Source of the DNA: an uncultured bacterium
GTDB taxonomy: Bacteria > Hinthialibacterota > Hinthialibacteria > Hinthialibacterales > Hinthialibacteraceae
Length of the DNA stretch: 60,817 bases
Assembly (NCBI GenBank): GCA_964449065.1
Contig: CAYVAZ010000001.1
Span: forward strand, 1-60,817
Direction of reading: 5' to 3'
Shown: in pieces, positions 26,544 through 36,754 of the stretch
Numbering within the stretch: position 1 is the first letter of the stretch
Layout of the letters: every line of letters begins with the position of its first letter
Made by a program: the position numbers and the translations under genes
Notes under the pieces: model-generated
Told to the model about the DNA's origin: nothing
Database searches by the model: none
The model's input: the letters and a program-made list of their open reading frames with translations, nothing else

Positions 26544-28106
26544 ATGGAGTGGATAATTGGAATTTTATGCGGTGTAATTGGATTAATCAGTGGGGGTATC
26601 GCTGGATTGATGATCCAGCGAACCATGCACAAACGGGAAGTCGGCAGTATTGAAGAACTGGCCAATCACATTCGTGAAGAGGCCAAAAAAGAAGCAGCGA
26701 CGATCCGCAAAGAAGCGGAAATCGAAATGAAGGACAAGCTGTACCAGGAAAAATCGAAGCAGGAAGAGGATTTTAAGAAGCAGCGAACCGTACTGGAAGA
26801 CTTGCAGCAGAAGGTTGAATCACGCAAAGACGCAGTGGATCAAAAACAAGCGGAAGTGGACGCGAAAGAGAAAGAAAATTACGCGTTATCCAAACAATTG
26901 GAAAAGAAAACGCAGGATTTAGAGAAAAAAGACCAAGAATTGACAGCTTTAATCCAGCAGGAACAAGAAAAACTGGAAGTGATTTCAGGCATTACCAGAG
27001 ATCAAGCGAAAGAGATGCTTTTGGCCTCGTTAGAACATAATGTGAAACTGGATGCCGCCAAAATCATCAAACAAATTACGGATGACGCCCGCGAAAACGG
27101 GCAGCGCCAGGCCCGCCAGATTTTGGTGGATATGATGCAGCGCGGCTGCACGGAAATAGTGAACGATACCACGGTATCCACGGTAGCATTGCCATCGGAT
27201 GACGTGAAAGGAAGAATCATTGGCCGTGAGGGAAGAAACATTCGCGCCTTTGAAACGCTTACCGGTGTGAATTTGATTATCGATGATACGCCGGATACGG
27301 TTGTGTTGTCATCCTTCCACCCGATTCGCCGGGAAGCGGCACGGCAAACGCTGGAAATGCTGATTCAAGACGGCCGGATTCACCCGGGACGGATTGAAGA
27401 ACTGTTTGAAAAAACCATGAAGGATATAGAAGAAGACATGCGCGAAGCCGGTGAACGTGTGGTCTATGAATTGGGTATTGTGGATATGAATCCGGAATTG
27501 GTGAAACATGTGGGGCGGTTGAAATACCGTTTCTCGTACGGCCAAAATCAATTGTATCATGCCCGTGAATGCGCGTTTTTGGCGGCCTCGATCGCGGCGC
27601 AAGTGGGCGCGGATGAAGAGTTGTCGAAACGGGGAGCCTTATTGCATGATATCGGCAAAGGAATTGATTTTGAGCAGGAAGGAACCCACGCGGCATTGGG
27701 CGCGGAATTGGCTAGAAAATTGGGCGAACAACCGTTGGTGGTAAATGCCATCGAGGCTCATCATGAAGATGTGGAATACGCGTCTGTTGAAGCCGTCATT
27801 GTGGTGATTGCGGATTCCGTGTCGGCGTCCCGTCCGGGTGCGCGGCGTGAAACGCTCAACAACTACATCAAACGCTTGCAGCAGTTGGAAGGCATTGCCG
27901 AATCGTTCCCGGGCGTGGAAAAATGCTTCGCGGTGCAGGCCGGCCGTGAAGTTCGAATCGTGGTTCATCCGGAGGAACTGGATGATCAAGCGGCGGTTAA
28001 ATTAGCCTATGATGTATCGAAAAAGGTCGAAGAAGAAATGCAGTATCCGGGACAGATTAAGATCAACGTGATACGCGAAACCCGCGCGGTGTCTTATGCG
28101 CGGTAA
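26544..28106 (+). CDS. rny: Ribonuclease Y
   Basis: N-terminal TM helix, coiled coil, KH domain (GRIIGREGRNIRAFE) and HD domain (LLHDIGK...EAHH), 520 aa. Confidence 0.94.
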   Translation: MEWIIGILCGVIGLISGGIAGLMIQRTMHKREVGSIEELANHIREEAKKEAATIRKEAEIEMKDKLYQEKSKQEEDFKKQRTVLEDLQQKVESRKDAVDQKQAEVDAKEKENYALSKQLEKKTQDLEKKDQELTALIQQEQEKLEVISGITRDQAKEMLLASLEHNVKLDAAKIIKQITDDARENGQRQARQILVDMMQRGCTEIVNDTTVSTVALPSDDVKGRIIGREGRNIRAFETLTGVNLIIDDTPDTVVLSSFHPIRREAARQTLEMLIQDGRIHPGRIEELFEKTMKDIEEDMREAGERVVYELGIVDMNPELVKHVGRLKYRFSYGQNQLYHARECAFLAASIAAQVGADEELSKRGALLHDIGKGIDFEQEGTHAALGAELARKLGEQPLVVNAIEAHHEDVEYASVEAVIVVIADSVSASRPGARRETLNNYIKRLQQLEGIAESFPGVEKCFAVQAGREVRIVVHPEELDDQAAVKLAYDVSKKVEEEMQYPGQIKINVIRETRAVSYAR

Positions 28107-28155
28107 TACAATATCTTGCACCCTTTGTGCTTAGAACTGGAACCCGATTTCCAAC

Positions 28156-28944
28156 GTGACCAATGTACGGATCTTTTTTATCGGCGATATCTTCGGCAGA
28201 CCCGGACGAAACGCCATTTTCAAGCATTTGCCTTCCATTAAGGTGGAAGAGAATGTGGATGTGTGCATCGCCAATTGTGAGAACGCGTCCGGTGGAAAAG
28301 GGTTAGGTAAAGACGCCGCGAAAAACCTGTTTGAAGCCGGTATCGATGCCATGACGCTGGGCAATCATGCCTGGGACAACAAGCAGATATTTGAGTTTCT
28401 TGACCGTGAGAACCGGATTGCCCGGGCATTCAATTACCCGCCGAATGTCCCGGGCCGCGGTTTTATTACGGTAGAAACCGGAGATGGGATTCGTGTCGGT
28501 GTCGCTCAACTGATGTGCCGGTTGTTTATGAATCCAACGGATTGCCCCTTTCAACGGTCGGATGAGTTGATCGAGCTGATGTCGGATTGCCACGTGACCT
28601 TTGTTGATGTTCACGGCGAAGCGACTTCGGAAAAGATATCACTTGGGTGGTATTTGGATGGAAAGATATCCGCGTTGATTGGAACGCATACGCATGTGCC
28701 AACAGCGGATGAGCGTATTTTGCCGCATGGAACTGCGTATTTAACCGATGCGGGTATGACGGGGCCTTATGATTCTGTCATTGGAATGGACATTAATACC
28801 GCTATGAACAATTTTATGTCTCCGGTAAGAGCGCAATTTAAAGTGGCAAACAAAAATGTAAACATATCCGGTGTGATTATCGATGTAGATGCGGATACCG
28901 GAAAAGCGGTGGAAATCAAACGGTATTGGAAAACCGTTTCATAA
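28156..28944 (+). CDS. ymdB: YmdB-like metallophosphoesterase (2',3'-cyclic-nucleotide phosphodiesterase family)
   Basis: RIFFIGDIFGRPGR...NCENASGGKG...GNH.WD...THTHVPTADERIL is the TIGR00282-type pattern. GTG start. Directly follows rny, as in many genomes. Confidence 0.85.
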   Translation: MTNVRIFFIGDIFGRPGRNAIFKHLPSIKVEENVDVCIANCENASGGKGLGKDAAKNLFEAGIDAMTLGNHAWDNKQIFEFLDRENRIARAFNYPPNVPGRGFITVETGDGIRVGVAQLMCRLFMNPTDCPFQRSDELIELMSDCHVTFVDVHGEATSEKISLGWYLDGKISALIGTHTHVPTADERILPHGTAYLTDAGMTGPYDSVIGMDINTAMNNFMSPVRAQFKVANKNVNISGVIIDVDADTGKAVEIKRYWKTVS

Positions 28945-28958
28945 ATTTTAATACAAGT

Positions 28959-30248
28959 ATGAGTTTATTCGAAACCAAGCCCGCAACTGTTTTTACTGTC
29001 TCTTCTCTTACCAAAGAGCTGCAAGAATTGCTGCAAGAAAAATACGACTGGGTACAGGTTCGGGGTGAAATCTCCAACTTAAAGCAGGCGGCCTCCGGGC
29101 ATTTGTATTTTAGCCTAAAGGATCAAGACGCCATCATTTCATGCGTTGCCTGGAGAAGCACGGCCGCGCGGTGGTCGGGTTTGAATTTACAAGATGGGAT
29201 GGCAGTTGTGGCCGGTGGCTCGATCTCGTTATATCCTCCCCGCGGGCAATATCAGTTGGTGGTTTCTTCATTGCGGTTAGAAGGTGTCGGCGCGCTGCAA
29301 ATTCAATACGAAGCCGTGAAACAACGGCTGTTTGAAGAAGGGCTCTTTGCCGAAGAGCACAAAAAGAATCTTCCTTTATTTCCCCAAAAAATTGCTGTCG
29401 TAACATCGCCAACTGGCGCTGCCTTGCGGGATTTTTTGCGGGTGCTGCATCAAAACAAATTTCCGGTTCCGGTGATGGTATGTCCGGTTTTGGTGCAAGG
29501 AAACGAAGCGGCCGGACAAATTGCCGGGATGCTGGAGCGGCTGAATCAAAATAGCGCTTGCGATGTGATTGTTCTTACCCGCGGGGGTGGTAGTTTAGAG
29601 GATTTATGGCCGTTTAATGAAGAAGTTGTTGCCAGAGCTGTCCATCGTTCCAAGATTCCAGTCATATCGGCTATAGGGCACGAAATCGATTTTTCCATTT
29701 CCGATTTTGTGGCTGATGTGAGGGCCTCTACTCCTACAGCAGCCGCCCAGATACTCTGTTCGATTTTTGCCGAACACGCATTCCGGATGCGTCATAAATA
29801 CGAACAACTAACGCGATCTATTCTTCCTCATATTCAACAGAAAAAGGATCAATTGTCCGCGATGGAAAACGCGTTAAGGCGGTGTCATCCAAAGATGGTT
29901 CTATCGGTTCACAAACAACGGTTGGATGAATGGTTCAGCCGTCTTACACAATCCATGTTGAACCGCGTCGCAGCAGAAAAAAAATCCATGCAGATTCAAC
30001 AATCCGTTTTATCACGTACAATCTTACACAACATCCGGCAAACACAACAATCGGTTGAGCGGATGCGCGGGTTGCTGGAAAGTCATGATATACAAAAAAC
30101 ACTGGCACGCGGGTATTCGATCTGCCGTGATACCGAGGGGAATATTGTGACCGGAATAGAGCAGTTGCAGGTGGATGAAATCCTTTCTATACGAGTTCAT
30201 AACGGTAAGATTTTTGCGGATGTAAGGAAGTTGGAATCCAATGGCTAA
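28959..30248 (+). CDS. xseA: Exodeoxyribonuclease VII large subunit
   Basis: FTVSSLTKELQELLQEKYDWVQVRGEISNLKQAASGHLYFSLKD OB-fold N-terminus, then ...IAVVTSPTGAALRDF...VLTRGGGSLEDLW. Start taken at M12 of the ORF. Confidence 0.92.
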   Translation: MSLFETKPATVFTVSSLTKELQELLQEKYDWVQVRGEISNLKQAASGHLYFSLKDQDAIISCVAWRSTAARWSGLNLQDGMAVVAGGSISLYPPRGQYQLVVSSLRLEGVGALQIQYEAVKQRLFEEGLFAEEHKKNLPLFPQKIAVVTSPTGAALRDFLRVLHQNKFPVPVMVCPVLVQGNEAAGQIAGMLERLNQNSACDVIVLTRGGGSLEDLWPFNEEVVARAVHRSKIPVISAIGHEIDFSISDFVADVRASTPTAAAQILCSIFAEHAFRMRHKYEQLTRSILPHIQQKKDQLSAMENALRRCHPKMVLSVHKQRLDEWFSRLTQSMLNRVAAEKKSMQIQQSVLSRTILHNIRQTQQSVERMRGLLESHDIQKTLARGYSICRDTEGNIVTGIEQLQVDEILSIRVHNGKIFADVRKLESNG

Positions 30249-30498
30249 GAAACAAGAAGAGCCGTTTCAATTTGAGAAAGGTATGCAGCGGCTGGAAGAG
30301 ATTGTTCAGCGGTTTGACGAAGGGTCGCTTTCTTTGGATGAGATGGAGCGCAATTTTGTTGAAGGAATGGAACTCTTAAATCAATGCAGCAAACGGTTGG
30401 AAGCAGTGGAGTTGCGTGTCACACAACTGATGCAAGAGCACAAGGATAAATGGACGGAAGTGCCGGTAGAAACAGAAGAACAAGATATAGAAGAATGA
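30241..30498 (+). CDS. xseB: Exodeoxyribonuclease VII small subunit
   Basis: 85 aa. FEKGMQRLEEIVQRFDEGSLSLDEM..F.EGMEL...C is typical XseB. Overlaps the xseA end. Confidence 0.9.
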   Translation: MAKKQEEPFQFEKGMQRLEEIVQRFDEGSLSLDEMERNFVEGMELLNQCSKRLEAVELRVTQLMQEHKDKWTEVPVETEEQDIEE

Positions 30499-30531
30499 TG
30501 TAGAAGAGTCTACGGAAGAAAGATCGTATTT

Positions 30532-31482
30532 ATGTCCGCGATAGATAGTCCCTGTAAACAGTATTTACAAACCCGTCGAAACGAGATTGAAGAGACATTG
30601 TGGAGCCTTATGCCGAACGCGGAGGGGCTTCCCGCCAAGCTGATTGAAGCGATGCGGTATTCGCTGGAAGCTGGGGGCAAACGGATTCGTCCAGTATTGG
30701 TCTTGATCGGCGCGGATTTTTGCCGCGGCGTGAGGAATGAAGACGCCTACGCATTCCGCTCATGGGAAGGGACCGATCCAACATTGAAGCAGGCATTGCT
30801 TCAAGTTGCCTGTTCGATAGAACTCATTCATACCTACTCGCTGATTCATGATGATTTGCCCTGCATGGATGATGACGATTTGCGGCGGGGACGTCCTACC
30901 TCTCATGTGGTGTTTGGCGAGGCGATGGCGGTACTATCCGGTGACGCGCTTCATACACTTGGGTTTGAATGGCTGACCGGCCTGCCGGAGAGCTATGCCA
31001 AACAGACAATGCGTGCGGCTCATGAACTTTCCAAAGCCTGTGGTTTTAAAGGGATGGTTGCAGGCCAAGTGGTCGATTTGGAATATGAGCATAAGCAAGG
31101 CGGGCGGGATATTCTTGAATACATTCATCTAAATAAAACGTCTGCCTTGATCCGCGCTGCGCTGCTGATGGGGGCGTCACTGGTGGATTCATCAGAATCG
31201 GATTATGAAATCATGCGTCGTGTGGGGACGAAATTGGGGCTCATTTTTCAAGTTGTGGATGATATCTTGGATGTGATCGGTGATAAAGAACTGATGGGTA
31301 AAAATACCGGGATGGATGAAAACCATGACAAATTGACTTATCCATCTTTGATTGGGCTTGAGGAATCAAAGGAAATCGTTCACAAATTGAAAGAGGAGAT
31401 TGTCGAATTGTTAAAGGGACAGGAATTTCGTTCCGGAGTGTTGCTGGATATTACCCAAGAATTGGCCGCCCGAAAAAATTAG
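30532..31482 (+). CDS. ispA: Polyprenyl (farnesyl/geranylgeranyl) diphosphate synthase
   Basis: First and second Asp-rich motifs LIHDDLPCMDDDDLRRG and FQVVDDILD. The product chain length cannot be read from sequence. Confidence 0.85.
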   Translation: MSAIDSPCKQYLQTRRNEIEETLWSLMPNAEGLPAKLIEAMRYSLEAGGKRIRPVLVLIGADFCRGVRNEDAYAFRSWEGTDPTLKQALLQVACSIELIHTYSLIHDDLPCMDDDDLRRGRPTSHVVFGEAMAVLSGDALHTLGFEWLTGLPESYAKQTMRAAHELSKACGFKGMVAGQVVDLEYEHKQGGRDILEYIHLNKTSALIRAALLMGASLVDSSESDYEIMRRVGTKLGLIFQVVDDILDVIGDKELMGKNTGMDENHDKLTYPSLIGLEESKEIVHKLKEEIVELLKGQEFRSGVLLDITQELAARKN

Positions 31483-31721
31483 CCGATTGATTTCATGAAC
31501 AAGGCAGTAAAGAACAGAGAGAATATCCCTTCACACAAGCCTGTAAATAAATTACTTTTATAATAGAATAGCAAAAATCCTTAGGTAATGTATCTTTACA
31601 AAACAGAATTAGTTATGGTGCGTTTTTTCTTTTTAAATTGCCGTATGGATGAAATAAATTTGTACTTTGTATGGTGTGATATACACTTTAATTTGTTTAT
31701 TGAAGAGGTTAGGTAAGGCGC

Positions 31722-33620
31722 ATGTTTCTTGAAAAAATCAACAACCCGGACGACGTAAAACAACTTGATTTTGACCATTTGGAATTGCTGGCTAAAGAAC
31801 TCCGTCAGCGAATCATTGATGTTGTGAGTGAAAAAGGCGGGCACTTTGCGACCCCGCTGGGAGTCGTGGAACTGACCATCGCCTTGCACCGGGTGTTTAA
31901 CAGTCCAACGGATAAGATCATTTGGGATGTCGGACATCAAGTGTACGCGCATAAATTGTTGACGGGCAGACGAGAGCATTTTCATACCTTACGCCAATAC
32001 AAAGGGATCAGCGGTTTTCCCAGCCGTGCAGAAAGCCCACACGATCATTTCGCGACCGGTCATGCCAGTACGTCTGTATCTGCCGCGTTGGGTATGGCCA
32101 TGGCGCGGGATATGAATGAAGAAGACCACAAAGTGGTGGCGGTTATCGGTGACGGGGGCTTAACCGGCGGAGTTGCCTACGAGGGGCTTGATCATGCCGG
32201 GCACCTGAAGAAAGACATGCTAGTTATTTTGAATGACAACGATATGTCGATTTCGCCACCGGTCGGCGCGATTTCTCACTCCTTAAACCAAGTCATTACC
32301 AGTCACTATTATAATAAAACCAAAGAAGGTTTTGACCGCATTCTGGGTAAAACCATCGGCAATGCGGTGATGAAGCGCCTGCAAAAGGTAGAAGAAAGTA
32401 TCAAATCGCTGATTGTCCCCGGGGTATTCTTTGAAGAATTGGGGTTCCGCTATTTTGGTCCGATTAATGGCCATGATTTGAAAGAACTAACGGAAACATT
32501 GGAGAATATAAAAGACTTAAGCGGACCGATTTTCTTGCATATTGTCACAGAGAAGGGGCATGGCTATGAATATGCTGTAGAAGATCCGGCAACATGGCAT
32601 GGTGCCAAACCGTTTGATAAAGTCACCGGCAGACCCAAACCGAAAAAGGTAGATGCCCCGCAATCTCCTGCGTACACATCCGTATTTGGAAAAACCATCT
32701 GCAAAATGGTCGAAAAAAATCCGAAGGTCATGGGTATTACTGCCGCGATGGCTTCTGGGACTGGTTTAAACTTGCTGGCGAAAGAGTCTCCGAAGAATTT
32801 TGTGGATGTGGGGATAGCCGAGCAGCATGGGGTATTATTCAGTGCCGGTTTGGCGTGCGAAAAGATCCGGCCGGTTTGTGCGATTTATTCCACGTTTTTG
32901 CAGCGTGGTTACGATCAAATCTTTCACGATGTATGTGTGCAGAAGTTGCCGGTTATATTTGCGTTAGACCGGGCCGGTGTGGTGGGCGATGACGGTTCGC
33001 AGTTTCAAGGCTTGTATGATATCGCTTATTTGCGGGTTTTGCCCAACATGGTAGTCTCGGCCCCGGCGAACGAAAGAGAATTGGTTCAATTGTTATGGAC
33101 GGCGCTTGATTACACGGATGGCCCCTTTGCGATCCGCTATCCGCGTGATGTTGGCGTAGGAGTGGATTGGTCGTTGGAAGAGCCGGTTTTACCGGTAGGA
33201 AAAGGCCAGGTTATTCAAGAAGGATCTGAGATAGCCATATTGGCGTATGGATATATGGTGCACCCTGCTTTGGAAGCTGCCGCATTGCTTCGGAAGCAAG
33301 GCTATAAGCCGACGGTTGTTAATATGAGATTCGCCAAACCCCTTGATACCGAATTGATTCATAAATTGTCAGAGAATCATAACTATTTTGTGACGTATGA
33401 AGACCACTCGATTATCGGCGGATTTTCATCAGCGGTATCGGAAGCCATGCATGACATGAATATTGATCTGCCCATGCTTCGGTTGGCCCTGCCGGATCAA
33501 GTGATCCCTCACGGTTCCAGAAAAAATATTTTCGAAGAGCATCATTTATTGCCCTGGCAGGCTGCCAAGCGAATCGAAGAGTTTACACACATCAAGATGC
33601 ATAAATTGGCTGCGGTGTAG
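31722..33620 (+). CDS. dxs: 1-deoxy-D-xylulose-5-phosphate synthase
   Basis: IIWDVGHQVYAHKLLTGR, GDGGLTGG TPP-binding motif and a transketolase-like C-terminus, 632 aa. Confidence 0.94.
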   Translation: MFLEKINNPDDVKQLDFDHLELLAKELRQRIIDVVSEKGGHFATPLGVVELTIALHRVFNSPTDKIIWDVGHQVYAHKLLTGRREHFHTLRQYKGISGFPSRAESPHDHFATGHASTSVSAALGMAMARDMNEEDHKVVAVIGDGGLTGGVAYEGLDHAGHLKKDMLVILNDNDMSISPPVGAISHSLNQVITSHYYNKTKEGFDRILGKTIGNAVMKRLQKVEESIKSLIVPGVFFEELGFRYFGPINGHDLKELTETLENIKDLSGPIFLHIVTEKGHGYEYAVEDPATWHGAKPFDKVTGRPKPKKVDAPQSPAYTSVFGKTICKMVEKNPKVMGITAAMASGTGLNLLAKESPKNFVDVGIAEQHGVLFSAGLACEKIRPVCAIYSTFLQRGYDQIFHDVCVQKLPVIFALDRAGVVGDDGSQFQGLYDIAYLRVLPNMVVSAPANERELVQLLWTALDYTDGPFAIRYPRDVGVGVDWSLEEPVLPVGKGQVIQEGSEIAILAYGYMVHPALEAAALLRKQGYKPTVVNMRFAKPLDTELIHKLSENHNYFVTYEDHSIIGGFSSAVSEAMHDMNIDLPMLRLALPDQVIPHGSRKNIFEEHHLLPWQAAKRIEEFTHIKMHKLAAV

Positions 33621-33662
33621 TAGATTTTTATAAATAAAAAATGTTGTTGTAAATGGGTTGAA

Positions 33663-34316
33663 TTAAATTTCCGGCGGGGCGGGTTCCGTTTGTTGTGGTT
33701 GCTTGATTTTGTCTAACTCTTCCTGCTTTTTTTGAAGGTCTTCTTTGGTGTCTTCGATTTTATCTTTCATCTTGTCGATTTCCACTTGATTTTTTTCTTT
33801 CTTCCGGTTAATGATCGCTTGTTGTTCTTTTAGTTTGTTCAAGTCTAAGTAGAACAGAATGCCGCTTCCTACCAAAACCAGCGCGAGAATAATCAACGCC
33901 GGTAAGATAAAACCGACGGCAAAGACGACTAAAAGAATGACCAATCCCACGAAAAAAAGCAGGGCTGAATTGATCCCGGGAATGATCGTCGTCATTAAAG
34001 AGGCATTGTTGGCTTCCAGCATGTGGATGCTGCTTTTATAATCTTTGATTTCCCCTTTGAGTTCACGGATTTCTTTTTCCAATTTTTCCGCATTGGCGGA
34101 GGATGCAGAGCCGGAGTCTCCTGTGAGCGATGCTTTGGCTTGGGTAATGAGTGAATCCAGTTGGGTAATGTCGTATTTTTGGCTGCCGGCCAGGGAATTC
34201 AACGCTTCGATAAAATCTTGCTGCGCCTGCGATTCCACAGACTGTAACAATCCATCGGCAAATGAAAGTTCACTGCGGTGAACTTTGAACGCTAAATTGA
34301 ATGCGGCGCTTTTCAT
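33663..34316 (-). CDS. Hypothetical membrane protein with coiled-coil flanks
   Basis: Central double hydrophobic stretch (LLFFVGLVILLVVFAVGFILPALIILALVLVGSGILFY) flanked by charged heptad-like segments. No family recognised. Confidence 0.55.
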   Translation of the reverse strand: MKSAAFNLAFKVHRSELSFADGLLQSVESQAQQDFIEALNSLAGSQKYDITQLDSLITQAKASLTGDSGSASSANAEKLEKEIRELKGEIKDYKSSIHMLEANNASLMTTIIPGINSALLFFVGLVILLVVFAVGFILPALIILALVLVGSGILFYLDLNKLKEQQAIINRKKEKNQVEIDKMKDKIEDTKEDLQKKQEELDKIKQPQQTEPAPPEI

Positions 34317-34477
34317 GAAAAGATCTATCCAATACTTAAAATAAATTACAGTAATTTAAACCGGTTTAAATTCAATGAAATCATATCACAATAATGTATA
34401 CTAGTTGAAATTGAAATTAAAATCTAGGAATATTTTCATTCTCCACACGTTTACACAAAAAGTAGAATGAAGGTAAT

Positions 34478-35389
34478 TTATTGAAAATAGTGCAGGGGAA
34501 GGACTTGAACGCGGTGATTCAGCGTATCGGCCACTAATGCGTGTGTTTGATTTAAGGATATTCCCCACGGTTCGGATAAATGTTGATCCCCACTTCCAGG
34601 CGCACCCCATACACTGAGCGGTTCACCATTGGGCGACCATTTTTGAATCCGGTGGTTGGAGAATTCTATAGTATAGATGTCCCCCTCTTGATCGATCGCT
34701 AGATCATAGGGAAACTCCAACTCACCCGGCATGGAGCCGTGGGTTCCGAATGCGTGAGAAAATTTGCCATCGATGGTATACACTTTAATGCTGTGGTTGG
34801 ATGAATCGGCAATATACAACTTGTCCGTCCCATCGAACGCAATCGCCATCGGGCGTTGAAATTGGTCTTCCGCTTCGCCGAATGATCCCCAATGATTGAG
34901 ATATTCTCCTTGAGGGCTGAACACTTGGATACGGTCGGTGAAGCCGTATTCAGCAATAAACAAATTTCCGTTTGGACCGATGGCAACATCCGTGACAAAT
35001 TGAAATCGTCCGGGTTCGGTTCCGTTTTCACCGAATGTCATCAGCAAATTACCATCTTCACTGTACTTTAATAGACGCGAATTGTGGGTATCGGGTATCC
35101 AAAGGGTTTTGTTTTCACCGGCTATCAAAGCGGTGGGAGTGCCGTTATCCACTTTTTCCAGCATCCAATGATAAAGGTATTCTCCGGCATGATTAAACGC
35201 TTGCACGCGGCCAGTGCGGTCTATTACAAATACTTTCTCAGAGGTAACTTCAATCCCGCGGGGAGCAGAAAAGCGTCCGGCAATGCTGCCGCGAAAGCCC
35301 CAGCTCTCAGCCGGTTGGCCTCCACCGGAGCAAGCGGAAAGGAATAGACATGCGACGGCGGTGAACAGAAATGATACGATGGTTTTCAT
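34478..35389 (-). CDS. NHL-repeat (six-bladed beta-propeller) lipoprotein
   Basis: Lipobox LFLSAC, then about six repeats of the F..P.GIA.D..G.IYV.D..NHRIQ type (e.g. FQRPMAIAFDGTDKLYIADSSNHSIKVY). Confidence 0.8.
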   Translation of the reverse strand: MKTIVSFLFTAVACLFLSACSGGGQPAESWGFRGSIAGRFSAPRGIEVTSEKVFVIDRTGRVQAFNHAGEYLYHWMLEKVDNGTPTALIAGENKTLWIPDTHNSRLLKYSEDGNLLMTFGENGTEPGRFQFVTDVAIGPNGNLFIAEYGFTDRIQVFSPQGEYLNHWGSFGEAEDQFQRPMAIAFDGTDKLYIADSSNHSIKVYTIDGKFSHAFGTHGSMPGELEFPYDLAIDQEGDIYTIEFSNHRIQKWSPNGEPLSVWGAPGSGDQHLSEPWGISLNQTHALVADTLNHRVQVLPLHYFQ

Positions 35390-36390
35390 GTTGGTTGCTG
35401 TGCCAAAGGCTCAATTTTTATTGGTGCGTTTTTTAAGGAAACCGAAACGGTGTTTTCCGGTTCAATTTTTTCTTCAGTCCATGATTGATACGTTCTGCCA
35501 TCCACAACGAATGTGATGAGATAGTTACCTGCGACAAACGGACAGGCTTTTACGGTACCGTTTCCATTAGTATCAACAGTAACACAAAAGTCATGCAATC
35601 CACAACCGGCCAACCAGGTTCCGTTTATCTCTTCTGAATAGGAAAATCCGCCAAAAGGAGAATGCATTATGCCGTTATTGCATTCTACTTCAAAGAGATT
35701 TTTTAGTCCCAACAACTCAGCGGTTAAACGGTTTTTGGGTTGATTGTAGAGATCTTCCGGTTTTCCTTCGTTTAATACTTCACCGTGATGCAGAATGACT
35801 AAATGTTCTGCGAACGAAAACATTTCGTCTTTCTGGTGGGTAACCGCGGCAATGGTACCGCCCTGAGAGCGGCAGTCTTCGATAAGTTGGATGAGTTCTT
35901 CCCGCAACGGCTCTTCTACACTGGAAAGGGGCTCATCCAGCAGCAATAGTTTGGGATTGGCTGCAACCGCGCGGGCGAAGTCAAGGCGTTTTTTTTCTCC
36001 ACCGGAGAGTTGATGGGGATAATGATGTTGCACATGACCCAAGTGATATTTGTTGAGAAGAGAGTTTACGGTTTCTTGATTCTGCTTTATACATAGCTCG
36101 ATGTGGCCTTTCACTGTGACTGCCGGCCATAATGCCGGTTCTTGAAAGCAATAGCCAACGTTTCGCTTGTTTGGCGGGATTGAATTTGAAACGGAATCCA
36201 AAAGAGAAATGGTGCCGGATGATGGGATTTCCAATCCTGCCATGAGGCGAAGACTTGTGGTTTTTCCCGAACCGGAGGGGCCGAACAATACGCTGATGGA
36301 GTTTTGGGGGATATGGAAAGAGCAGTTATATAAAACGCAGTTGCTTTCATACGAGAAGGATACTTGTTGAAAGGCAACCGCGTTTTTCAT
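35386..36390 (-). CDS. ABC transporter ATP-binding protein (importer type with a TOBE-like C-terminal domain)
   Basis: Walker A GPSGSGKTT, signature LSGGEKKRLDFARA, Walker B LLLLDEP and a C-terminal ~100-aa beta-rich domain. No permease or binding protein in the window. Confidence 0.85.
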   Translation of the reverse strand: MKNAVAFQQVSFSYESNCVLYNCSFHIPQNSISVLFGPSGSGKTTSLRLMAGLEIPSSGTISLLDSVSNSIPPNKRNVGYCFQEPALWPAVTVKGHIELCIKQNQETVNSLLNKYHLGHVQHHYPHQLSGGEKKRLDFARAVAANPKLLLLDEPLSSVEEPLREELIQLIEDCRSQGGTIAAVTHQKDEMFSFAEHLVILHHGEVLNEGKPEDLYNQPKNRLTAELLGLKNLFEVECNNGIMHSPFGGFSYSEEINGTWLAGCGLHDFCVTVDTNGNGTVKACPFVAGNYLITFVVDGRTYQSWTEEKIEPENTVSVSLKNAPIKIEPLAQQPT

Positions 36391-36411
36391 GATAGGCTAT
36401 CAAAAAATCAA

Positions 36412-36741
36412 TTAATCGAATCCCAGTTCCAGTTTGGCTGCTTCCGACATCATATCGGGATGCCAGGGTGGGTCCCAGACCAAATCGAGTTTGGTTTCAG
36501 TGACCCCTTCGGCTTTTTTGACTTTTTCTTCCACTTCTCCCGGAAGCGAACCAGCGACCGGACATGCGGGAGACGTAAGGGTCATTTCCACAAACGTACT
36601 GCCACCCTCTTCAACTTTAATATTATAGATTAAACCCAACTCATATATGTTCACAGGAATTTCCGGGTCGTAGCAGGTTTTGATCTGCTCGATGATATTC
36701 TCTTTGATTTGTTCCGTGCTTAATGTGGTTGTCTCTGACAT
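36412..36741 (-). CDS. sufT: DUF59/MIP18-family Fe-S assembly protein (SufT-like)
   Basis: DPEIPVNIYELGLIY...TLTSPACPV...VWDPPW is the DUF59 signature. Located in the suf operon. Confidence 0.75.
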   Translation of the reverse strand: MSETTTLSTEQIKENIIEQIKTCYDPEIPVNIYELGLIYNIKVEEGGSTFVEMTLTSPACPVAGSLPGEVEEKVKKAEGVTETKLDLVWDPPWHPDMMSEAAKLELGFD

Positions 36742-36754
36742 AGTTCACTCCTCA

